A DNA stretch of 63,857 bases, filler included, from Octopus bimaculoides (lineage: Eukaryota), in the NCBI RefSeq assembly GCF_001194135.2. It is 7 parts of 6 records of this genome, joined end to end, with 100 filler letters (N's around TTAATTAATTAA, not from the genome) between each part and the next. Parts side by side here need not be neighbours in the genome. Positions count along the whole stretch, not along the records: positions 8,898 to 26,461 come from NC_068993.1; positions 26,562 to 30,816 come from NC_068994.1; positions 30,917 to 45,516 come from NC_068991.1; 4 more parts are not named here. One strand, written 5' to 3'. Below, piece after piece: positions 24,051-36,464 of this stretch. The notes under the pieces were generated by a model, which saw nothing but the letters and a program-made list of their open reading frames with translations, had not been told where the DNA came from and made no database searches. The position numbers and the translations under genes were made by a program. Each line of letters opens with the position of its first letter. Position 1 is the stretch's first letter.

Positions 24051-24490
24051 NNNNNNNNNNNNNNNNNNNNNNNNNNNNNNNNNNNNNNNNNNNNNNNNNN
24101 NNNNNNNNNNNNNNNNNNNNNNNNNNNNNNNNNNNNNNNNNNNNNNNNNNNNNNNNNNNNNNNNNNNNNNNNNNNNNNNNNNNNNNNNNNNNNNNNNNNN
24201 NNNNNNNNNNNNNNNNNNNNNNNNNNNNNNNNNNNNNNNNNNNNNNNNNNNNNNNNNNTATGTATGTGTGTTTGTGTGTCTGTGTTTGTCCCGCCACCAT
24301 CGCTTGACAACCGATGCTGGTGTGTTTACGTCCCCGTAACTTAGCGGTTCGGCAAAAGGAGACCAATAGAATAAGTACTAGGCTTACAAAGAATAAGTCC
24401 TGGGGTCGATTTTCTCGACTAAAGGCGGTGCTCCAGCATGGCCGCAGTCAAATGACTGAAACAATTAAAAGAGTAAAAGAGTAAAGAGAG
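23905..24490 (+). mobile_element. SINE family B, near full length with internal (TA)n/gap
   Basis: B head, TA/TG microsatellite, body, and tail GGCGGTGCTCCAGCATGGCCGCAGTC...GTAAAAGAGTAAAAGA. Confidence 0.9.
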
Positions 24491-24953
24491 AGTAATTCAC
24501 ATTGTTATAAACAATCCACTTTTCGTTCCCTGTCATTATTCTCTAAAAAAAAACAAAAAATCAAAGGATCGCTTTCTTCACGTTTCTGTATCAAATCGTG
24601 GACGGAAATCCGTCGGGCAAGATTAACCTCATTTAGTTGATGTGAATCGAAACATTAGCCCAGTTGATTTAATCTAGTTGATGCAAATGATTTTAAATAC
24701 TCGGTTTGGATATTTGGGGAATATTCGTGATCATCCTGGTTCTTTAACGGGAATCGGTGTCACTGTTAATCTCAGTTGGCTGACCAGAGCAAGGAAAACC
24801 GCTTCTGGCACAGACCTTCCATAACAGTACTCTCTCCGTTTACAGCGCATTTCTTTCTGTAGATTTCTGCCCCCTTTTTACCCTACTATGATAAAAAAAA
24901 AAGACAACGAAAAAACACGAGGTGTCGATAATTGTCGTTTTGGTGATCCCAAG

Positions 24954-25331
24954 TGGAGGCGCAATGGCCCAATGGTTAGGACAGCGGACTCGCAGTCGTA
25001 GGATCGTGGTTTCGATTTCCAGGCCGGGTGTTGTGAGTGTTTATTGAGCAAAAACACATAAAGCCCCACGAGGCTCCAGCAGGGGGTGTTGGTGAACCCT
25101 GCTGTACTCTTTCACCACAACTTTCACTCTTTCTTCCTGTTTCTGTTGTGCCTGTATTTCTAAGGGCCAGCCTTGTCACACTCTGTGTCACGCTGAATCT
25201 CCCCCGAGAACTACGTTAAGGGTACACGTGTCTGTGGAGTGCTCAGCCACTTGCACGTTAATTTAACGAGCAGGCTGTTCCGTTGATCGGATCAACTGGA
25301 ACCCTTGTCTTAACCGACGGAGTGCCAACAA
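24954..25331 (+). mobile_element. tRNA-derived SINE family C, full length, 12-bp TSD
   Basis: A box TGGCCCAATGG, B-box-like GGTTTCGATTTCC; TSD GGTGATCCCAAG at 24942-24953 and 25332-25343. Confidence 0.95.
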
Positions 25332-25938
25332 GGTGATCCCAAGCAAAGTCGCATTAAACTGCCTCGAAGTATCAAGAATCTAACGAGTACACATGCGCAA
25401 GGAACAGACTGAAGTTAGGTGGTCGTTAGAGTGATTGAAGCTTAGTTGCCGACAAAAAACAAACGGACTGTTGGGCAACCATATCAGTTACAAAACCAGA
25501 ACTCACCGACCAAAATTAGCAGAAACGTGACAAGCAACCGTTGCAGGCTACCAGTTCATAATTGCTTGTGGGTGCCAGCTACGGAAGCTAAGCAAACATA
25601 CAACCAATACATTTTTCCTGACCTCTATTTTTGCCTCTTCTGTCATCTGCTTCAGTTATTTTTACTTCCATTCAATGTAATCTTATTCTTCCATTAATTA
25701 CAAGCACTCTACGACTTCCATTCTTTATTTTAATCTTCGATTTCCTGATTCTGTATTTTCCTATACTTCTCCCCATTTCATTCTATGCATATTTCTAATG
25801 TTTTTATTTCGTTTTCTTTTGTATTAATATTTCTTCTCTTTCTTTTACTCCTTCCATAATCCTTACTTCTTCCTATCGTTCTCACTTGAAATTCTTTCCC
25901 TTGTATCGAACTCGTTCATACTTTCCCGCCATTAAATC

Positions 25939-26000
<62 letters not shown>

Positions 26001-26561
26001 GTGACTCTCTGTCTGTGTGTCCGTCCCTCCATCCATCCGTTCATCCATTCATCACTTCATCCATGCATTCTCCTTCCCTTTATTCTTTATCAGTTCTCAA
26101 TTATTCCGATCTAGATCTTCGTAGCCATATTGCCAAACTTGTTCTTTCATTTTTCTTCTGGCTTCCTCCTGGAAATCTTTGAGATTTATTTCTATCTTAT
26201 TCTCTTATTCTCAAGATCCCTCACCTTTATTTTCCCCTCCCCCTCCTACCCCTTTTCACCCTCCACTTCTTTCATTTGTTTGTTCATTCTCCATATACTT
26301 CCATCTCAACTTACTCGGCGACAATCTGCTTCGACCTGCCTTTATGACATTCACTGCTATATTTAAAATACATGTACACATGGATACAGATGTATGCATG
26401 TATACGTATATACAATATGCACACACCAACGTATATATAAATAAATACATATATATATATANNNNNNNNNNNNNNNNNNNNNNNNNNNNNNNNNNNNNNN
26501 NNNNNTTAATTAATTAANNNNNNNNNNNNNNNNNNNNNNNNNNNNNNNNNNNNNNNNNNNN

Positions 26562-26592
<31 letters not shown>

Positions 26593-26595
26593 TAT

Positions 26596-27330
26596 ATTCC
26601 TTTATTCCTTTACGTGCTTCAACCAGGTAGCTATGGTCATACTGGAGCACGACCATGATTTTTTTTCACTCTTTATTTTTGTACCCTCTCCACAATCCTT
26701 CCGTGGTTCCTCTCCAACTAATGCGATCCCATCAAAATTATCGATGGCCCATCTGGTGTATGAGGGAATTTGGCATTGTTGCCCTCAACTGTACCTCATG
26801 TCGAGGCATTTGTTCGTCTGGTATTGTGGATAGGAGATTGTCCTGTTTCTTTTTGAAAACCTCCATATCTATGTCGTGTAAGTTTCTCATTTGTTTTGAC
26901 AGACCATTGAAGAGCTGTGTTCCTCTGAACCCTAGGCTATTGCAGTACCTAGTTCTTACATTAGATGCATTGGACGGTATCTCCGGTACTGTGCAGTGGC
27001 GTCCAATACGAGCATTCATATAACACTTGATGCCAAAATTGGGTACCAGCCCTTCCAGTAGTTTTCACATGTAAATCATTACATATCTCTCACATCTACG
27101 CTCTAGGGAGTAGTGTCGTAATTCTTTCAGCCTCTTCTTGTAATTCGGCTGTTGGACTGTAACAATCTTTTTAGTGTAGTGACGCTGGATCGCTTCAATC
27201 TCCATTGTTAGCTTGACACAGTGTGGTGACCAGAGCTGAGAGCAGAAGTCTAAGCGGCTGAGGACAAAGGTCTTCCATAGTGTCAACATGACTTCCTGAT
27301 TTCTTGTCTTGAATGTCCTCAGCTGCATAA
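26596..27330 (-). mobile_element. 5'-truncated CR1-group LINE (ORF2 C-terminus plus 3' UTR)
   Basis: LRTFKTRNQEVMLTLWKTFVLSRLDFCSQLWSP...EAIQRHYTKKI...YSLERRCERY...GLVPNFG...FRGTQLFNGL is a typical CR1/L2-group post-RT region. Stops are present. Confidence 0.9.
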
Positions 27331-27951
27331 ATAAATAGAATTAATTTAATCAGTCGGACACGTTTGTATAATTCTACTTAAATCCTCTAAGAGACAGACA
27401 ATGTCCATGCTTGTTTTCACTTCATCTTAGAAGTTTCTAAGATATCAGGAAAAAAACTTGTTAGGGTCCCAGCTTGTCACTGATTTTGGGGTCGGTTTTA
27501 ATTTATAGTCTTGTTTATCAAATTTTAGTATATCACAACCTAAGACTAGAGAACAGTGTTTGTTAGGAAAGGGCATGAGAGAGTTGACAGAATCATGGTG
27601 GGTATAGACATAAAACTTGTCAAGATTAGTTTGAAGTAGTACTGGCTATAATGAGGTCTGGTAAAGAAGACCTTAAATCAAGGTGTTAATTACCAGTTAA
27701 AGGGGCAAGACGCTAATAAAACCAATGATGGTATTACAGGGGAAATTTTATCATGGGGGTACTATAGGTGATTGATTTAAACAATATTGTTATATTGTTT
27801 AAAAACAAAATTTAGGGTTACCAAGACAAATATTATAACCAAAAGGATAAATTTTGAATAATTTTGAATATATACCAAAAGTTTCAACAACAGAGAGAGA
27901 AAAAAACACATAGAATTAGTTTAATATTCATTCATATACTTAATTATTTAC

Positions 27952-28585
27952 TTATTAGGTGGTATCTATGAAGACTGACCACTGGCATTTACTAAAGGAA
28001 TACTGGGGCGATAGAACATACTAACTATATATTAATTATAATCTAAGAGGTATATTATAAGTTGTGAAGTTACCGGTACTGTTATATATAAGCTAATATA
28101 AATTTCTTGGGGTACAAAAATTAGGTTTACTTACATAATGGCTATTATAAAAATGATAATATGATCAGTAGGGTGGAACACCATAGAAAGGAATAAATAG
28201 TTTAATCATTAAAACCTTGATGAATATCATCAATAGAAAAGAGAAGATTATATAGTATTTGTTTAATAATTCAATCATTTTACTAAATTATTTATTTATT
28301 TATTAGGTGGTATCTATAAAGACTGATCACTGGTATTTACTAAAGGAATACTGGGGCGATAGAACATGCTAACTATATATTAATTGTAAGCTGAGAGGTA
28401 TAATATAAGTTTTAAAAGTTTTATAAGTTTCCAATGTTAATACATACATGATAATATAGTTTCTTGGGGTCACTTAATTAGGAGGGCTACTTACATAAAG
28501 GTCTTTATAAAAATAATAATATGATCAGGAAGGTGGAACACTATAGAAAGGGATAAATAGATTAATTACTAAAACCATGATGAAG
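27952..28585. repeat. Two diverged tandem copies of a unit of about 345 bp downstream of the Neptune-type PLE ORF
   Basis: TTATTAGGTGGTATCTAT..GACTGA.CACTGG...GGGGCGATAGAACAT starts at 27952 and at 28299. Confidence 0.8.
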
Positions 28586-28720
28586 TAAGACTAACTAGGC
28601 AGGAATATTCATAAGATAGTATACTAACACCATGTAGCACACTAACTTACTATACTATATAGCTTATATCATATGCAATGTATTTTAATTCCTCATATAA
28701 CCGAATATCACCTGATTTAT

Positions 28721-28754
<34 letters not shown>

Positions 28755-28889
28755 TATNNNNNNNNNNNNNNNNNNNNNNNNNNNNNNNNNNNNNNNNNNN
28801 NNNNATATATATAAACTAGAGGGTAAGAATAATTAGATCCAACACTAAAACTTTTGAAAGTTAGTTACCATCAATTCAGTTCAAGCACA

Positions 28890-29645
28890 ACACCTATAAA
28901 ACGCTAATTTCGAAAATATTTAAATGTACGGGTGACACTATGTACGCATGATACCCTTAAGTCTAATCTATTGTTAATCAGGTTGCTCTTGTCCTTATGC
29001 TTAAAAATCTCATAAGTTTCCATAGAGCACAGCTCACACCCGTATCTACTATTTCTATAAGGCTGCGCTTTCCTTATTATTTCTCATTTAAAAATAAACT
29101 CAATCCCTCTTTCCTTCAGCTTCCAAATCTTACTAGATAATGACGTACAATTAGCCTTATGTTTGAGTCTAAAAGAGGAAAGGTGATTATAAAGCCGTTT
29201 TTTCATATTAATCGAACATCCAATATATATAAAATTACCAGTTATAGTTATGATTGTACATTTATAAATTACGTTCTGGGTAAGATATTGGCCTAATAAT
29301 AGACAGTGAAACTTAACTCTACAATTGCAACCAAGAGAATTACTACTGTTAAATATTAGTACTATTGATATTCATATTGTTATTATTATTATTAATATTA
29401 TCACTATTATTATTAATCCTACTATTCATCAAGCGTGTTATGTTCATGTCTACTATTATCTATTTCCCCTTCATTCAAATCTGCTTCAACGTCAACAGGC
29501 ATATCATTAATTTCTATACTAGTATAGGCACCAGAGTTACAGCCTATATTGTGTATTTTAGAAGTATTAACACTGCCATTTCTATTTTCCACTTCTCCAA
29601 TATTACTATTCTCATTTTGGGGGTTTACGCTATAGTTGATAGTAC

Positions 29646-29735
<90 letters not shown>

Positions 29736-30615
29736 TAGTAGTAGTAGTATCATCATCATCACCATCATCACCTCTTGCTAATTTTATAGTCTTCTTATTT
29801 AATCTAGCTACGATGAGACCCATATTGGGAAGAGTAGAATACGAGATTCTAACTATCTTACGAGAAAAGATTCTGTTATATCTATGGGGAGTAGGGAAAT
29901 TTTTTTCTAAAATAGCCATAAATTTCCTATATATGTTTGTGGATATGGCACAGTTGTAAGGAATATTGAACCAGACGAAGTATTTACTTTCAAACTTACG
30001 ATGTAAGTAATGGCGGGATCTACCTGTTCTATCACTGCTCCCCAAAGTCGTGAATTGATTATTAGGTATGTTCCTATTTCCAGTAGTTTTCATATCTATG
30101 TAGGGAGTAGTAACCAGCTCTTTCTCATCACTACCTTTATTATCTAACCAAAGCTTCGTTCCAGTTTTAGCATCCAATTTCCTGTTGTTGCTTATTCTAT
30201 TATTATTTAAATTGTTGGGTTTGTAGGATGCTTTTCCATTTGGTATTTTTCACAACTAAGTAAATTAGTAGTCCGTCTATCACTCAAACTCTCATTATTT
30301 TCACTTTCAGGACTAAGAAAAATAATTTCCTGGTCATATCCAACCTTAGAGAAAGCAAAATTGTAGTGGTGGCAATGGGTATTAAGAATATCATTATTTG
30401 CTGATAATTTTGTAATTCTCCTAGAAATACTTTTAACTACTGATTTAAACACATTAGGCGGGGTGATTTGATAATTTGCTCACGTATCTCGTAACTTCAC
30501 CTGGTTTCCTATAGGGGTAGTATAATCCTGAGTTAAGAACAAACCAGGAATACTGGTCCCAGCAGATAAAAATTGGAAACTTATATAGACTGGACTATAT
30601 CACCTACAGGAAACT
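28890..30615 (-). mobile_element. Penelope-like element (Neptune-type): RT thumb, linker and GIY-YIG endonuclease, decayed
   Basis: YVSKLSNHP(P)NVFKSVVKSISRRITKLSAN...FSKVGY; FVWFNIPYNCAISTNIYRKFMAILEKNFP...IFSRKIVRISYSTLPNM; GCNCR...VIYKC...YIGCS..MKKRLYNHLSSF...CELCSME...CVH. Confidence 0.9.
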
Positions 30616-30737
30616 AGTAATGAAGGAACTCAACGCTAAATATAAAATAACAACGAAAAAACATAAATATACATATGTATATACATATATACATAAATAT
30701 ACATACATACATATATATACATACATACATACATACA

Positions 30738-30816
<79 letters not shown>

Positions 30817-30916
30817 NNNNNNNNNNNNNNNNNNNNNNNNNNNNNNNNNNNNNNNNNNNNTTAATTAATTAANNNNNNNNNNNNNNNNNNNNNNNNNNNN
30901 NNNNNNNNNNNNNNNN

Positions 30917-31270
30917 TATATATATATATATGTAAAGTACTAGTAATTTATAGAATAGAGAAAGAAGATCAGTTTCTTACAGCTGTTTCTGCCAAGAGGT
31001 CACAGTACCCCACATGTTATTTCCATCTTTTCAGTGTACAGTAGTGATCTGTAGATAAAATTAGGCTACTTGGGTGTGCCTCTGGGCTTCGTCGGAGAGT
31101 TTATAAGATAGTCCAAAAAATTCAGAGGGCTAGGCAGAAACAGCTGTAAGAAGATGCTCTTCTTTCTCTATTCTAGAAATTACTAGTATTTTACACATAT
31201 ATATATATTATCAGAACTGCTTTAAATAAATAGACATATTTTGTCTAACAGCTGATGAATACTACCTCTG
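30917..31270. mobile_element. PLE terminal-repeat-like relic with an inverted partial copy and hammerhead core motifs
   Basis: Inverted arms of about 63 bp (30931-30993 and 31133-31196), each containing GAAACAGCTGTA; CTGATGA at 31252-31258. Confidence 0.5.
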
Positions 31271-31310
31271 GATTCCCTCCATTTTTATTGTCATATATAT
31301 AATATATGGC

Positions 31311-31372
<62 letters not shown>

Positions 31373-32721
31373 CCGATATATATATAGATAGATAGATAAA
31401 GTATGGGGTTTAGTTCACAAGTGATTAGGCACGCTAGTTAAGTGCTGTAACGGATTACTGGGGCTCCAAGGTTATTGCCGAAACGGTAGTTATAGAGCCA
31501 TTGGAGATTTCCGATGCAGCGGATATATAATTGTTAAACGAGATGTCAAACATTAAGGCAAGGCAAACATCTCAATTCATATACAATATTATAATAGGAA
31601 GAAATTCAAAATCTTACAGCTCGTTCTGGGATATCCCCGAGTATGGGATATTCCGTCATTAGAGACAAATAGGGGGGAAATATGGAAAATCAGAATGGTA
31701 TATATTAATAATAAGATGATAACATAGAGGAGGGAGTGAAAGAATAAGGAGATGGAAAGAAAGAAGAAACAGAAGCATAAAAGGTCATAAATCAACTTTC
31801 TGAAGTTGTAGACACCAGAGCATTAGTTCTTAGGTGCAATCCTGCGTAGATCCATGAGCATAAATTCCTATGTGCAATCCTGCGTATATCCATGTTGGTT
31901 AAAGGTCTGATATAGTAGATATCTCAAGAAAAAGATGCGAACATATCAACGTTCAATAACAGAATGGTAGCGGAGGTGGCTATTAATTGACAAAAGTAAA
32001 AAAAGAAAATAAAGAGAAAGAGAGGTAGATAGAGTGAGGTAGGGGGATTTTAAGGATTGGCTATTGGATAAAGTAAGGTGCATATGTGAACGGTGTCTAA
32101 GAATTGTGGGTAAATTTCTGTATTAACAACCACACGGTTTTCACTAAGAAAAAAAAACACGGATTTTTTGCGTGGAAGTACCCTGACCTCCTAATATGCT
32201 GCAAATTTCATNNNNNNNNNNNNNNNNNNNNNNNNNNNNNNNNNNNNNNNNNNNNNNNNNNNNNNNNNNNNNNNNNNNNNNNNNNNNNNNNNNNNNNNNN
32301 NNNNNNNNNNNNNNNNNNNNNNNNNNNNNNNNNNNNNNNNNNNNNNNNNNNNNNNNNNNNNNNNNNNNNNNNNNNNNNNNNNNNNNNNNNNNNNNNNNNN
32401 NNNNNNNNNNNNNNNNNNNNNNNNNNNNNNNNNNNNNNNNNNNNNNNNNNNNNNNNNNNNNNNNNNNNNNNNNNNNNNNNNNNNNNNNNNNNNNNNNNNN
32501 NNNNNNNNNNNNNNNNNNNNNNNNNNNNNNNNNNNNNNNNNNNNNNNNNNNNNNNNNNNNNNNNNNNNNNNNNNNNNNNNNNNNNNNNNNNNNNNNNNNN
32601 NNNNNNNNNNNNNNNNNNNNNNNNNNNNNNNNNNNNNNNNNNNNNNNNNNNNNNNNNNNNNNNNNNNNNNNNNNNNNNNNNNNNNNNNNNNNNNNNNNNN
32701 NNNNNNNNNNNNNNNNNNNNN

Positions 32722-32771
<50 letters not shown>

Positions 32772-32939
32772 GTGTGCGTGTGTGTGTGTGCGCGCGCGCG
32801 TTTGTACCTACCATTGCTTGGCAACCGATGTTGCTGTGTTTACGTTCCCATAACTTAGCAGTTTGGCAAAAAACACTGATAGAATAAGTACTAGGCTTAC
32901 AAAGAATAAATTCCTCTAGTCAATTTCTTCGACCAACGG

Positions 32940-33810
32940 CGATGCTCGTGTGTGAGTATGTGCTTGTATGTATATGCCCATGCATGTGTGATTGTATGCG
33001 TGTATGTATGAGCGTGTGTTGTGTGTGTGGGAGGCATGTATGCGTACATGTGCGTGTGTGTGTATGCATGTGTGCGTGCGTGTGTATATGTGTGTGTGTA
33101 TGTGTGCGTGCGTGTGAACGTGGAGTTGTGTGTGGAGGTATATGTGCATTTTTTAATTGCATGCGCGTGCGTGTGTGCGTGCGTGTGTGCGTGCGTGCGT
33201 GTGTATGTATGTATGTTTGTGTAGTTGTGTGTGCGTCTGTGCGTGTATGTGTCTGTGTGTATATAGGTGTGTGTATCTTTGTGTGCGTGGGGTTGTGTGT
33301 CAGGTATGTGTGCCTTCCTATAAGTGTGTATATGCGTGTATGTGTGTGTGCGTTTGTGTACATGTGTGTGTGCGCGCATGTATTTGTGTGTTGTGTGTGC
33401 ACGTGTGTGTACGTGTTCAGTGTGTGTGGTGTATGTGGGTATATATGAGGGATATGTGCACTGATCTGTGTGCGCGCGCGTGTATGTGTGCGTGTGTGTG
33501 TGCATGGGTGTGTATGAGCGCGTGTGTATATGAGTGTGTGCGTGAGGTTGTGTTATGTGGAGGTATATGTGCGTTCCTGTGTGCGTTTATGTGGTTGTGC
33601 GCGTGTATGCGCGTGTGTGCGTGTGTATGTGCGTGTGTGCATATGTGTATGTGGCTGTATGTGTGTCTATGTCTGTGCATGTATGTGTGTTGTGTGTACG
33701 TGTGTGTGGTGGTGTGTGTAGGAAGTATATGTGCGTTCATGTGTGTGCGCGGTTACGTGTATTTTTCGTGTGTGTGTATATGTACGTGTATGCATGTATG
33801 TGTGCGTGTG
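32940..33810. repeat. Degenerate TG-rich cryptic repeat with an internal diverged duplication of about 425 bp
   Basis: TGTGGAGGTATATGTGC occurs at about 33131 and 33556. Confidence 0.8.
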
Positions 33811-33899
33811 TATAGAAATTATAAGATTGATAAATAAAAAAGGGTGGGGAAAGGGTGCAAGATGTAAGATAATTTACAAAAATTAGCAGATGCAAGATA

Positions 33900-34990
33900 A
33901 AAAAAGTAAGAAATAAAATAAAAATTAAACGGATAAAATAGAAATTAATACCACTATAAAAATAACAATTAAAAAGTTAAAAATACGACGGAAAGAAAAT
34001 GATACAAAAATGACAAAAAATCGAGAAGGGGTAATAGTGTAAAAAAGTAGGTGGGTATAAGGGAGGATAAAACAAGATGTACTAAAATAAAATAAAATAA
34101 AATAAAATAAATAATAAGTTGCTTTTTTAAAGAGTTTGTGGAGACTGTCGTTAAGAAGAGTGGGTTGTGTTGAATCAGAGAGGAACTTGTGTTTGTAGAC
34201 TGAAAATGTAACGCTGTTCCAGGCGGAGTCGGGAGTGTGTGGATCCTTGATGCAGTGCGAGGCCAAAGACGGAGATATTAGAGAGGTAGTAGTTGGCTAA
34301 GCGGAAATGACGGGCGACGGGGATGTTCGTGAGTAGCCGAACATCTCTTGGATGTTCGGTGATCTGGTCGGCCAGCCGGCAGCCTGTCTGACCTACGTAA
34401 AGTTTATTACAGAGATTACATCTAATGCAATAGATAAGGTTTGAAGAGGTGCAGGATAGTATGCTGGTTGGAACCAGTGAGGGAGGTGGTGTTGGTGATG
34501 AAAGGGCAGGTGTGACAGCGGGATCTGGAGCAAAGATCCGGATGGGGCTGGGGGAGAGGCGAAGTTGCTACGGACCAATAAATCGCGTACGTTTCGTGTG
34601 CGTTTAAAGGAGGACGAGGGTGGTTGAGGAAAATTGGGTGGGTGGTGAGATCTAGCTGGGTACGACGGAAGGGCCGTAGGATCCTCCGACGAAGGGGTAG
34701 GATGAAGGGTTGGAAAAAGAGGGGAAAGATGGTGCGGGTGGGGGATTGATGAGGGGAAGGAGAGAAGGTGGTGGTGCGATCGATTCGATGAGCGCAGGCA
34801 AGGGTGGTTTTGACAAGGGTTGGGGGATATATTCTATGCGTGAACAGGCGGGCAAGGTACTGGGACTGGGTTTCGAAATCCTGGTCCCGACTGCACAAGC
34901 GTCGGAGGCGGAGGAACTGGAAATAGGGATGGCTCATTTGGTGTGGGAGAGATGGGAGGAGGAGAAGATTTCTACTTAAGCAACAAACAG
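33900..34990 (-). mobile_element. Penelope-like element (Penelope/Poseidon-type): RT C-terminus and GIY-YIG, 5'-truncated
   Basis: PYFQFLRLRRLCS..QDFE...F..RIYPP; CSRSRCHTCPFI; SSNLIYCIRCNLCNKLYVGQTGCRLADQITEH...PVARHF...LEQRYIFSL. Confidence 0.9.
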
Positions 34991-35222
34991 GCCTTGAATG
35001 CAAATAAAGCCCTCACCAGAGAACTCGTTATGCTAAAAGTAACGGCTAAAGTTCTTCTACACAGAAATATGTTATTGAGACGACTTATCTGTTGCATACG
35101 ATTTTTTTTTTTTTGTCACTTTAAGTAAATTCCCAGGTAAACATTACTAATAGAAAGGTAGAAGTCACCAGAAGCAAAAATATGGAATATACATTCACAG
35201 CCAAGTATAGAAGCGTAAAGTA

Positions 35223-36464
35223 TTGGGTTGGCAACTAAATTACCGCCGTTTTTTGTTTTGTTTTTTGTTGTTGTTTTTTGGAATTTATTGCGTTTTTAAA
35301 GTTTGGAATCTATTTTTTTTTTTTCGAGAATTCTATGTTTTGAATCATTCTGGAATCTTTTTTGTTTTTTGTTTTTTTTTCTAGTTAATTTTTGTCTATT
35401 TTCAGATCATTAAAATGGAATGTCAAGTTAAAAAAAGAAACGAGCATTTTCGACACCTTCTTTTTGCTTTTGATCAAGCTTCTAAGGCCGCAAAAGCTGC
35501 TCGCGACATTTGTGCTGTGTATGGAGAGGGTGCCATAACTGAAAGAACCGCTCGTGATTGGTATGCCAAGTTCAAAAATGAAAATTTTCACCTCAAAGAC
35601 GCATCTCGTCCAGTTGAATTCGATGAACAGCGATTAAACCAACATTTGCACGAAAATTCTCGTCAAACGACAAGGGAGCTGGCAGAGAAAATGGAATGCT
35701 CCGACACTGCTATAGAGAAGCATCTTCACTCTATGGGAAAAGTTCAGAAGTATGGAGCATGGGTTCCACATGCTTTAAGTAACAATAACAAAAATCAACG
35801 AGCCACAATCTCCGCTGGTTTACTTGCTCGTCACACAAGCAACGATTTCTTTACCAAATCGTTACTGGCGACGGAAAATGGTGCCTGTACATCAATATGA
35901 AGCAGCGAATGGAATGGATCAGCCCCAGTAAACAAGCGATACCGAGCGTGAAACAAGATCTTCATCCGTGTAAAACGATGCTGTGCGTATGGTGAGACTG
36001 GGAAGGGATTATCCATTAAGATTTGTTTGAACGGAACCAAACGGTCAACAAGGAAATCTATGTTCAACAGATGGAACGACTCAACACAGCTATTCAAGAA
36101 AAAAGATCTAATCGGCAGCATGGAGTTCTGCTGCACGACAACGCCCGCCCTCATATAGCCAATATGATCAAGGAAACCATTCAAACGCATGGCTGGGAAG
36201 TGCTGCTACACCCGCCGTACTCTCCTGATCTATGCGCGGAGTTTCGTTCTATACAGATGCAGAATTGAGAGCTTGGTTGGATCAATTTTTCGAGTCGAAA
36301 TTGGGTGATTTCTACGAACGAGGTATTGAAATTCTTGTTGAACGTTGGGAAGAAGTTGTAAGCAACAAGGGGGAATACATTATTGATTAATTAGCTGTTA
36401 CTTTTTATTAAAACTTTTTTAAAATTTGTATTAAAAAACGGCGGGAACTTAGTTGCCAACCTAA
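35223..36464 (+). mobile_element. Mariner transposon, near full length, defective
   Basis: TIRs TTGGGTTGGCAACTAA... and ...TTAGTTGCCAACCTAA, TA TSD at 35221-22 and 36465-66. Transposase at 35415-36390 has WVPHAL, TGDGKW, LHDNARPH and YSPDL, with frameshifts, stops and deletion of the third catalytic D region. Confidence 0.97.

Noticed and set aside
27952-28585. CRISPR-like or other prokaryotic repeat array
   Set aside because: Eukaryotic context; only two long diverged units and no repeat-spacer pattern anywhere in the window.
32897-33837. His/Thr- and Cys/Val-rich ORFs (also 3018-3216, 9237-9614, 50280-51295)
   Set aside because: Translations of TG/CA/TA microsatellites.
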